A stretch of 55,350 bases of DNA from a virus: IMG/VR virus record IMGVR_UViG_3300025009_000017; one strand, 5' to 3'. The translations under genes and the position numbers were made by a program. Positions 49,035 through 55,350 of this stretch are shown in pieces (the stretch's first letter is position 1; the number at the start of each line of letters is the position of its first letter). The notes under the pieces were generated by a model. It ran no database searches. It saw only the letters and a list, made by a program, of their open reading frames with translations, and was not told the DNA's origin.

Positions 49035-49618
49035 TCCTCCTTGCCCGTGAGGGCGGGGAAGTTGGGGCCGTCATCCATTTCAGCATCTACCCGATCGTCA
49101 GTCTCTTGGCAAATACAGTTTCCATCTGGCGGAAGTTCCCCGCCACAATGTGAACATTTGTTATTGCCATTACCCGTGAGGGCGGCTTCATCTATAAATT
49201 CAAGTTCTTCGATAAATTCAAGTTCTTCGATTATTTCCCCATCGGCATCACACTTTTCGGGGAATGCCAATGCTAATATTTCCCATAATGCGGTCTTAAA
49301 GTCGTGACGGTCATCAAAATATAAAGCATTATTTGCCTTTGCCCCCATCCGCTTGAGCTGGGCTTTTTTGTCGGCCAGCATTACTTGAAACTGCATCAGG
49401 GCGTTGTCTTGTTCTGTTAGCGTTTCCTCCGCCTTCGCCAGCTTCTCGGTCAGCTCGGTAACCTTTGGATCCCGCTTCCAAACATGGTGCAATGCCATTT
49501 CTTCAGGTGACCAGTTACCGCTTAATGGAGCTTCCCGCTCAAAGTATTCTCTGTCTTCAATTTCATAGCTGTTTTTGAGCGCTTCCCAAAAGCGGTCAAG
49601 GCGTTGTTTAATGTCCAT
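49031..49618 (-). CDS. Hypothetical protein with an internal 6-aa tandem duplication and a C-terminal Cys cluster (195 aa)
   Basis: EELEFIEELEFI. CSHCGG...CIC. Confidence 0.65.
   Translation of the reverse strand: MDIKQRLDRFWEALKNSYEIEDREYFEREAPLSGNWSPEEMALHHVWKRDPKVTELTEKLAKAEETLTEQDNALMQFQVMLADKKAQLKRMGAKANNALYFDDRHDFKTALWEILALAFPEKCDADGEIIEELEFIEELEFIDEAALTGNGNNKCSHCGGELPPDGNCICQETDDRVDAEMDDGPNFPALTGKEE
49194..49229. repeat. 18-bp perfect tandem duplication
   Basis: ATAAATTCAAGTTCTTCG occurs twice, read directly. Confidence 0.95.
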
Positions 49619-49639
49619 TTTCTCCCCTTTCTGTGGGAT

Positions 49640-49933
49640 TTACTTTATCCACTCCACCTCGAAGCTGGCGTTCAGTTCCTTGAAGGCTGGCTTCATGGCG
49701 AAGTGTTTGTTGAATACATCTTCAGTCATGTTTTTCATTTTCTCCAGGTCGGGCTCGCTGATCTCCCCGTCAGTATTGCTGATGATTCCAGTGGCAACCT
49801 GAGCCCGTCCCGTAAGGACAGGCTTCAGGTTCAACAGCTTCATCAGGTCTTGAAAACTCTTTTCTTCGCACAGCGGTGTTTCAATCCGCAGGAACACGGC
49901 GAAGTGGTATTCCTTCTTAATCTTCGTTTCCAT
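49640..49933 (-). CDS. Hypothetical protein (97 aa)
   Basis: The ATG at 49933 begins METKIKKEYHF. The track ORF is extended to 50032. Confidence 0.55.
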   Translation of the reverse strand: METKIKKEYHFAVFLRIETPLCEEKSFQDLMKLLNLKPVLTGRAQVATGIISNTDGEISEPDLEKMKNMTEDVFNKHFAMKPAFKELNASFEVEWIK

Positions 49934-50069
49934 TGCCCACCGCTTCCTCCGCCAGTGCGATGGCGGTATCCATTTCGTCGTGGTCCTCCTGGGTAGCGCA
50001 GACACACGAAGTCTGCCACTTCTGCGCCACATCCATCAGACGCTTCAGGGCGTCCAGGGTCCTACCCAT
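49917..50069 (-). CDS. Small hypothetical protein (50 aa)
   Basis: MGRTLDALKRLMDV... fills the gap between neighbouring genes. Short overlaps at both ends. Confidence 0.4.
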   Translation of the reverse strand: MGRTLDALKRLMDVAQKWQTSCVCATQEDHDEMDTAIALAEEAVGNGNED

Positions 50070-50271
50070 CCTGCTGCTCCATCTTGACAGTCTGGCCCTG
50101 GGTCTCCACCTCCATGTTGTAGTACTCCGCGGTCTTGACCCTCTCGGCCACAGTGCCCAGGGCCTCCTCGATGGCCTTGCTGACGTCGGTGCATTTGCCC
50201 CCGTGAACTCCCTTGACACCCAGGACCGGCTTGCCGGTCTTGGTTGAGAACCTGATCTTTATCTGTGCCAT
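50062..50271 (-). CDS. DUF2997-like small protein (69 aa)
   Basis: MAQIKIRFSTKTGKPVLGVKGVHGGKCTDVSKAIEEALGTVAERVKTAEYY fits my memory of the DUF2997 pattern (G..G..C....ie.alG......t.EYY). TAATG overlap, with AAAGGAGAATA upstream. Confidence 0.5.
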   Translation of the reverse strand: MAQIKIRFSTKTGKPVLGVKGVHGGKCTDVSKAIEEALGTVAERVKTAEYYNMEVETQGQTVKMEQQDG

Positions 50272-50567
50272 TATTCTCCTTTCGTGATTGGTTTTGAATA
50301 CCTGGGACAGAAGCACTCGCGCAACCTCCCAGTTTCCCTGTCTAAAAACCTGCGGATGCCGAACACATCATGCCCAAAGTCGCTATCTGGGGCCGTTAAA
50401 AGTTCTTCCAGCTTCAATGGATTGCTGTTCAGATGGACCGCCGTGAGATCCATCTCACAATGCAACCTGGAATATTCCACTTTATTGTCTGTGGCCAGTT
50501 TAACAGCTCTGACTGCGATCTTTTGAATTAAAACGGCATCCTCTTTTGAACAATGCAGATTTACCAT
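50271..50567 (-). CDS. Hypothetical protein (98 aa)
   Basis: The ATG at 50567 lies 2 nt after the upstream stop. Contains FGHDVFGIRRFLDRETGRL...F.PRY, a block that looks conserved. Confidence 0.55.
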   Translation of the reverse strand: MVNLHCSKEDAVLIQKIAVRAVKLATDNKVEYSRLHCEMDLTAVHLNSNPLKLEELLTAPDSDFGHDVFGIRRFLDRETGRLRECFCPRYSKPITKGE

Positions 50568-50569
50568 AA

Positions 50570-50938
50570 TTAGTCTTCGACGTTGATGGTTAATTCCAGG
50601 CCCTCGTCTACCCCATCCTGGTAGACGCCCTCGTAGATCTCGAACCCCTGCCGGCGGGCCTCCACCTTGGCCTTCTCCATGCCGTAGTGGGCCGTGAATT
50701 TGTTCAGCTCCTCCTGCGCTCCCCACCGGCCGTTGAAGTTGTCGTAGGTGATGGTCCCGTCCTCCTTGACGCAGACCGGGTAGTTCCACCCGGGAAGGGT
50801 GATCTTGGTGCCGTGCTCGGTGGTGGAGAACTGCTTGAAGGTGACATCCTCCTCGATGGGCAGACCGAGCTTCCGGCAGACCGCCTGTATGACGGCCTTA
50901 TCCTTCAGCTTCAAGTCCAGCACAACTGTGTGCGACAC
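50570..50938 (-). CDS. DUF1257 (Ycf35-like) protein (122 aa)
   Basis: GTG start follows AAAGGAGGAACAGTA. SHTVVLDLKLKDKAVIQAVCRKLGL ... DGTITYDNFNGRWG ... RRQGFEI matches the DUF1257 pattern as I recall it. Confidence 0.5.
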   Translation of the reverse strand: MSHTVVLDLKLKDKAVIQAVCRKLGLPIEEDVTFKQFSTTEHGTKITLPGWNYPVCVKEDGTITYDNFNGRWGAQEELNKFTAHYGMEKAKVEARRQGFEIYEGVYQDGVDEGLELTINVED

Positions 50939-50966
50939 TACTGTTCCTCCTTTTTTAATATGTTTT

Positions 50967-51296
50967 TTATTTTTGAAGATTCTCACGATTAGTCACAACC
51001 TTAAGATTTTGGAGAGAATTGTTCATTTTATTTCCATCATTATGATCTATCTTCAAATCGGCTGAAAGTTCTTCTCCGTGCTGAAGAACCCACAGAATAC
51101 GATGGTATGGATACATTGATCCATTCCATTTAACACCAAGATAGTTTCCTCTTTTACTACCCTTAACTTCTCTCCAGTAAGGTTTTTTTAACAAGCCTCC
51201 ACCATGATGCACAACACGATAACGTTCTATGGTACCATTCTCGTTTAATCTGAAAACTTTCTTAAGTTCCTGTAAATCAATTGGCTTTGCTCTCAT
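50967..51296 (-). CDS. Small HNH (HNH_3-type) endonuclease (109 aa)
   Basis: LKIDHNDGNKMNNSLQNLKVVTNREN. AT-rich. Its N-terminus is paralogous to 43033..43521. Confidence 0.7.
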   Translation of the reverse strand: MRAKPIDLQELKKVFRLNENGTIERYRVVHHGGGLLKKPYWREVKGSKRGNYLGVKWNGSMYPYHRILWVLQHGEELSADLKIDHNDGNKMNNSLQNLKVVTNRENLQK

Positions 51297-51472
51297 TCTT
51301 TCCCTCCAGATTTCATTATTCTTGCCACGAGATATTGAGCCTTGTTCGCCAACAGTCTTACCCTTTCTTTTTCAGGATCTGCCTGTGGACCCAGCGCACA
51401 GCAAGCAAGACTCCCCACAAAATGGGCGCTGCTCCTGCCGGTCTTGGTGGACAGCTTGATGACTACCTTCAT
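51293..51472 (-). CDS. Small hypothetical protein (59 aa, below the track cutoff)
   Basis: AAGGAGAAGAAGAT precedes the ATG. ATGA overlaps at both ends. Confidence 0.45.
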   Translation of the reverse strand: MKVVIKLSTKTGRSSAHFVGSLACCALGPQADPEKERVRLLANKAQYLVARIMKSGGKE

Positions 51473-51552
51473 ATCTTCTTCTCCTTTTGGCAGTCGCGGT
51501 CAATAATGACTGCAATGATAACAATAATAATTACTAATAACAGTATTTCCAT
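51469..51552 (-). CDS. Possible 27-aa hydrophobic micro-protein
   Basis: MEILLLVIIIVIIAVIIDRDCQKEKKI. GGAGGTGTG lies upstream, and the start overlaps the AAA+ stop. Confidence 0.4.
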   Translation of the reverse strand: MEILLLVIIIVIIAVIIDRDCQKEKKI

Positions 51553-53072
51553 CACACCTCCTTGCTGATGGACCTCACCCCGTCTGACGGGTGCTCCTCG
51601 CTGTCGAGCACGTTGGCGACCCGGGCGTTGTCCAGTGCCCACTTCTTGAGGGTTTTCATGTTTGCGCTATTGCTATTGTAGATGGGCCGGATAATTTTCA
51701 TAGCCGATTCAAAGCCATCATACACCGATGCTATTACACATTTCTCTATCTCGGCTCCGGTCCAGTTCTCCATTACTTCAGCGTAAGCCAGTTCGATCTT
51801 GGTATTGTAGCGTTTGTTCATGATGGCCAGGATCTCCCTCCGTTCTTTGGTCGACGGGACATCAACGTAAAAGATATCGTCAAACCGGCGAACCAGCGCA
51901 CCAGAACTGATTTGCAATAGGTCTCCTATATCGTTTACTGTTCCCACGATATATTTTTTGGTCTTGGACTCCTGCATCCAGGTCAGCAGGTATCCGAACA
52001 TATTGCTGGTGGTCCCGCCGTCAGTTTTATTCGACGACTGCACCCCACCTATCGCTTTTTCTAATTCGTCACACCAAACCACACAGGGACTGATGGCATC
52101 TATTTGTTTGAGGGCCTGCCGCATACGTTCCTCCGACTGTCCTACCATCTGTCCTTTCAGGGAACCGATATCCAGCCGGATTAAAGGGAAATCCAACTCG
52201 GAAGCAATTACCTTTGCCGCTAAACTTTTACCAACTCCTGGACACCCTATCAAAATTATTCCTCGCAGGTTGGGCATAGAATCGTCATAGAAGGCTTTTT
52301 TCCGGTTGCGGATATAAGTTTTGAGGTTCTCTAATCCTCCCAACTCGCCAACATCAATTCTTTGGTAGAGTTCCAGTCCGTGGGTCTTCTTTACCGCCTG
52401 CAGCTTCTCGGACTCCAGGACCGACTTCTTGATGTCCTGGTGCTCACGCAGGGACAGGGCCACCGCGTTCTCGCACTCCTCCATGGTGAGTCCCCTGGCC
52501 GGCTTCAGGGTTTCGGCGTTGATGTTGTGGGCGATGTCCTTGGCGTTCTTGGCCACCATCGGCTTGACCTTCTCGTAGAGTTCGGTCTCGGTGGGCAGGG
52601 CAAACTCCACAATGGACATCATCTTCTCCAGTTCCAGGGGTATGGCCACCTTGGGGGAGATGATTATGATGGTCTTGCCTTTGGTCTTCAGCTCCTCAGA
52701 CATTTCCTTGAACTGCCTGATGGTGCTGGGGGTGCGCTCGTGGCAGAAGAAGTGAAAGTCCGGCAGGAGCAGGATGCTGTCATCGGACTTGGAAGCGAAC
52801 ATCGGCAGCACTGCGGCCGGGTCGTTCTGCTTGGCATCCGCCACTCCGCTCTGGAAGTCCACCCATCCGTTCGCCAGCTCCCATTTGTAGACCTTCTTTG
52901 ACCCTCCGCCCTCCAGCTTCAGGTTCTGGGCCCAGTCCACGATGGCTTCCACTGTCCGATGTTCCTCCAGGGTGTTGACCCACAGGACGGGGTAGCCGGA
53001 GAGGACGTAGGCGGCGAGCTTGTGAACTGCAGGGTTGGCGGTGGTCTGCTGTGGTTGTTTTCTCGGGGCCAT
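51552..53072 (-). CDS. AAA+ ATPase, Ycf46-like architecture (N-terminal domain plus C-terminal AAA module, 506 aa), ending with SDGVRSISKEV
   Basis: Walker A GCPGVGKS and Walker B VVWCDELEKA. The classic AAA module sits in the C-terminal half. The shared C-terminal motif is encoded at 51555-51584. Confidence 0.85.
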   Translation of the reverse strand: MAPRKQPQQTTANPAVHKLAAYVLSGYPVLWVNTLEEHRTVEAIVDWAQNLKLEGGGSKKVYKWELANGWVDFQSGVADAKQNDPAAVLPMFASKSDDSILLLPDFHFFCHERTPSTIRQFKEMSEELKTKGKTIIIISPKVAIPLELEKMMSIVEFALPTETELYEKVKPMVAKNAKDIAHNINAETLKPARGLTMEECENAVALSLREHQDIKKSVLESEKLQAVKKTHGLELYQRIDVGELGGLENLKTYIRNRKKAFYDDSMPNLRGIILIGCPGVGKSLAAKVIASELDFPLIRLDIGSLKGQMVGQSEERMRQALKQIDAISPCVVWCDELEKAIGGVQSSNKTDGGTTSNMFGYLLTWMQESKTKKYIVGTVNDIGDLLQISSGALVRRFDDIFYVDVPSTKERREILAIMNKRYNTKIELAYAEVMENWTGAEIEKCVIASVYDGFESAMKIIRPIYNSNSANMKTLKKWALDNARVANVLDSEEHPSDGVRSISKEV

Positions 53073-53091
53073 TGTACTCCTTATGTAAAGT

Positions 53092-53523
53092 TTACTTTTT
53101 GTGGTTCTTCAGTCTCTTTTTCACGATGTCCCGGTAGAACTCAAAGCGCAGCACGATGTCTGACCCGTAGCGAAAGGCCGGCCCCTCGATGTCCACCACC
53201 AGCCACTGCAGGTAGATCTCCCTGACCTTGTTGGGGTCCTGGGTCTTCAGGGCTGTGCAGATCAGGTCATCGATCTGGAGCCTGGCAGTCTGCCCGTTGA
53301 GCTGGATGGGAAGCCAGATCTGATTGCTCAGGTCCTCGATCACCAGGTCTTCCTTGGTGCAGTAGCAGACCTGGTCATCCTTACCGATGTACATGTCCCA
53401 CTCGTCGTATTCCCGGTGGGGCTTCCTGATGTCAAGCTCCTGGCAGATGGAAGCGATAAGGCCGTAGTCTTTTTTAACTACGGCCTTGGGCTTGGCGGTT
53501 CCGAAGATCTCTTTAAGGTTCAT
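53092..53523 (-). CDS. Hypothetical protein (143 aa)
   Basis: ATGA overlap with the upstream gene. The track ORF is extended to 53616. Confidence 0.6.
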   Translation of the reverse strand: MNLKEIFGTAKPKAVVKKDYGLIASICQELDIRKPHREYDEWDMYIGKDDQVCYCTKEDLVIEDLSNQIWLPIQLNGQTARLQIDDLICTALKTQDPNKVREIYLQWLVVDIEGPAFRYGSDIVLRFEFYRDIVKKRLKNHKK

Positions 53524-53864
53524 TTCTTCTCCTTCAGCATTTTCTCGATATTGCGAACCTTCCAGAATATTTCCATTATGTAGAACAGGGCCATCAGTGG
53601 CCAGGCTGTTCCCCACGGAATCTTACCGAGAAGCACCCCCACGCAAAGCAGTACCTTCAGGAGTCCCACCACAATGTTTCCCACCGCCTTTGCCGTCAGC
53701 CACACCAGCTGCCAGCGAAGCTTCCGCAGGTTGGCCTTAAGCTGTGACGGGGTAAGGATTGGCTCCCAGTTCTTTAGGTCATTGTTTACATCGCATGGTT
53801 GACATTGTGGGTCTGATTTTGCCAATGCATAATGCCGGCAGGTTGAACATTTCCTTTGGCTCAT
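53520..53864 (-). CDS. Membrane protein with an N-terminal Cys cluster (114 aa)
   Basis: CSTC...CQPC, followed by two or three hydrophobic segments. Confidence 0.6.
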   Translation of the reverse strand: MSQRKCSTCRHYALAKSDPQCQPCDVNNDLKNWEPILTPSQLKANLRKLRWQLVWLTAKAVGNIVVGLLKVLLCVGVLLGKIPWGTAWPLMALFYIMEIFWKVRNIEKMLKEKK

Positions 53865-54118
53865 TTGACCTCCTTCAGTATTCCAAAATACTTGGTGAAT
53901 TTCTTCCTGATGTTCCGGAGAGCCTTGATAGGAAGCCTATCAAATTCCACTCTCCGGTCGTTGACGGCCTTCAGGCTCATCCGGCCGTACTCGGTCTGGT
54001 ATGAAAACCCGCAGTCCAGGCACTCTCCGGAGACGCTGTCCACCGGCTTGTAGTCCGAGTAGGTGTAAAGCGTGCCTCCGCAGGCGGGGCACTTCTGGTC
54101 TCCTGATGTTCCACTCAT
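53861..54118 (-). CDS. Zinc-ribbon protein (85 aa)
   Basis: CPACGG...CLDCG. Confidence 0.6.
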   Translation of the reverse strand: MSGTSGDQKCPACGGTLYTYSDYKPVDSVSGECLDCGFSYQTEYGRMSLKAVNDRRVEFDRLPIKALRNIRKKFTKYFGILKEVK

Positions 54119-54123
54119 TTTCT

Positions 54124-54429
54124 CTAATCCTCCACCTTTCTCGCTTCTTCTGCAAAGTGATCGTATTCTCGAACGATAACTATTTTATAGCATCCTTTTG
54201 GAAGCGGTATTGGCTTATGTTCAGGATGTTTGATTGAGCATTTACCGGTAACTTCGAGAAATAGCTCTTTTTCTTTACTTTGTTTAATTGTTCCAGCACC
54301 TACTACTTTGTGTTCATTGCTGGTGGAAACGCCCCTTACAAGAACAGTAGTCTTGAGTTTTTTTAATCCTGTCGGTATTTTGTCGATTTGCTCCAGGATT
54401 ACTTCGCCTTGTTGGTAAAATTTGTTCAT
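54124..54429 (-). CDS. Hypothetical protein (101 aa)
   Basis: Minus-strand ORF in an AT-richer region. Confidence 0.6.
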   Translation of the reverse strand: MNKFYQQGEVILEQIDKIPTGLKKLKTTVLVRGVSTSNEHKVVGAGTIKQSKEKELFLEVTGKCSIKHPEHKPIPLPKGCYKIVIVREYDHFAEEARKVED

Positions 54430-54444
54430 CTTTCCTCTTTTCCC

Positions 54445-55350
54445 TTACGTTAAAATTATAGGTTTATTCTCGTTTTGATTTCTCCAAGTTAGAGCTTGTC
54501 GGACTGTGGTAATCCCTGTTGGAACTCCTTCGATGTGCCATGTTCCAATGCTTGGATTTTGCATCTTCAAGTATGGCCGTTTCCTATTGTCACCAATGTC
54601 CAGCATCAGTAATTCATAGCCATTATGTTCATCAATACATTTAGCATTCAACTCTTTACAAACCCGTTCTATGCCAATCTTTCGCACAATTTCACGCCGC
54701 ACTTCAGCGTTTTTCTCATGTAATATCAGTTTGACGTCAAGTTTCTTTGCTGGAGTCATCACAAGCTCTTCCGAAACTACCACGCCATTTAAATTGTACC
54801 ATCCCCAGCCATCGCTGAATTCTACAGACATTCCTTTTTCATTATGCAATCTGTCATTTTTGAATTGTAGATGCGTTGGCCTATCGGAAGCAAAACAAAT
54901 CCCATCGAAAGGATAAATTACGAAGGATGTTTTCACGTATTCTTTGTATAGATTCCAATTTTTCATACCGCTGAATTTTCCTGAAAAAACGACTGAAAGA
55001 AGAAAATCATAAAAATTACACCAACCTGCCTCAAGCGATCCGTTGCTCCATCCTCCAATCTCCAGTTGGTTCCTCAGTTGGGTCCTCAGTTGGCTCTCCA
55101 GTTGGCTCCCCAGTTGGTCCCCCAGTTGGGTCCTCAGTTGGGTCCACAGTTGGTTCCCCAGTTGGCTCCCCAGTTGGTCCCCCAGTTGGGTCCCCAGTTG
55201 GCTCCCCAGTTGGTTCCCCAGTTGGCTCCCCAGTTGGTTCCTCAGTTGGGTCCTCAGTTGGCTCTCCAGTTGGCTCCCCAGTTGGTCCCCCAGTTGGGTC
55301 CTCAGTTGGGTCCACAGTTGGTTCCCCAGTTGGCTCCCCAGTTGGTCCCC
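54445..55350 (-). CDS. Junction-spanning repeat protein, 3-prime segment: tetrapeptide repeats followed by a C-terminal globular domain of about 195 aa
   Basis: The frame with first bases = 0 mod 3 has no stop from 55350 to 54445. I read it codon by codon across 55080-54964: ...QLRNQLEIGGWSNGSLEAGWCNFYDFLLSVVFSGKFSG-MKNWNLYKEY... The ATG at 54966 used by the track has no SD. The C-terminal block NAEVRREIVRKIGIERV...YLKMQNPSIGTWHIEGVP...VRQALTWRN resembles a conserved family I recall as DUF6745-like. That assignment is from memory and unverified. Confidence 0.6.
   Translation of the reverse strand, partial: GDQLGSQLGNQLWTQLRTQLGDQLGSQLESQLRTQLRNQLGSQLGNQLGSQLGTQLGDQLGSQLGNQLWTQLRTQLGDQLGSQLESQLRTQLRNQLEIGGWSNGSLEAGWCNFYDFLLSVVFSGKFSGMKNWNLYKEYVKTSFVIYPFDGICFASDRPTHLQFKNDRLHNEKGMSVEFSDGWGWYNLNGVVVSEELVMTPAKKLDVKLILHEKNAEVRREIVRKIGIERVCKELNAKCIDEHNGYELLMLDIGDNRKRPYLKMQNPSIGTWHIEGVPTGITTVRQALTWRNQNENKPIILT
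55034..55350. repeat. 12-nt tandem repeat array (about 26 units here) with a 168-nt higher-order period, running off the window end
   Basis: Units CAGTTGG(G/C/T)T(C)C(C/T/A)(C/T/A) can be read directly. 55119-55236 repeats at 55287-55350 plus 65-118. Confidence 0.95.

Noticed and set aside
55031-55315. Track ORF in the (E/D/G)PTG frame, and the plus-strand mirror ORF 8..265 (GPQL repeats), considered as the product of the repeat array
   Set aside because: The PTG frame starts only at an internal GTG. After wrap-around it has a TAG immediately upstream (194-192), and it stops 30 nt after the array. The plus-strand ORF runs against the universal gene orientation and has no SD. The third minus frame connects a proper start at 391 to the downstream domain. 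I keep the PTG frame only as a formal alternative.
55034-55350. CRISPR array
   Set aside because: The 12-nt units are contiguous with no spacers, far shorter than CRISPR repeats, and lie inside an ORF.
1-55350. Diversity-generating retroelement, retron or other reverse-transcriptase-based system explaining the variable repeats
   Set aside because: No ORF shows reverse-transcriptase motifs (YxDD), and I saw no template/variable repeat pair. The variation is confined to a simple 12-nt microsatellite.

Overview
The window looks like a complete, self-closing dsDNA phage-like genome. Its first 64 nt are identical to its last 64 nt, both inside a 12-nt tandem array, which gives about 55,286 bp of unique sequence. 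The repeat copy number is uncertain. I count roughly 105 protein genes. All but five are on the minus strand, tightly packed with ATGA/TAATG start-stop overlaps and GGAGG-type Shine-Dalgarno sites. Many long plus-strand ORFs in the track are antisense shadows of these genes, and many minus-strand ORFs in the track carry spurious Arg/Gly/Pro-rich N-terminal extensions, which I trimmed. Three near-consensus sigma70 promoters (11432-11460 +, 32786-32814 -, 34603-34631 -) and several intrinsic terminators mark out transcription units. Recognisable functions fall into four groups. (1) Accessory and anti-restriction genes: a Lar-like protein, a small radical SAM enzyme, and a Dam-like N6-adenine methyltransferase. 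(2) A plus-strand cassette carrying a small serine recombinase and zinc-ribbon proteins. (3) A roughly 20-kb morphogenesis and lysis unit (12977-32753) rich in membrane proteins. It holds an M15 peptidase, a glucosaminidase, a transglutaminase-like protein, fibre-like proteins and two small beta-rich capsid candidates. I could not recognise a terminase, portal, tape measure or HK97-type capsid gene in it. (4) A replication and recombination region with a replisome-organizer-like protein, three HNH endonucleases, a Sak4/AAA_24-like ATPase, a Cas4-like PD-(D/E)XK nuclease, a RuvC-like resolvase, and a Ycf46-like AAA+ ATPase with DUF1257-like and DUF2997-like partners. I saw no rRNA, tRNA or CRISPR array. 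The items most worth follow-up are these: an unlisted gene that spans the contig junction with the repeat array in frame inside it; a roughly 600-nt ORF-poor, hairpin-rich region next to an HNH gene; a short DG(V/I)RRIEMP-like peptide shared by six unrelated early proteins; an iteron-like CCCGG array; a candidate -1 frameshift linking a small membrane protein to the glucosaminidase; and the atypical structural module. All functional calls rest on motifs read by eye and need HMM or structure searches.
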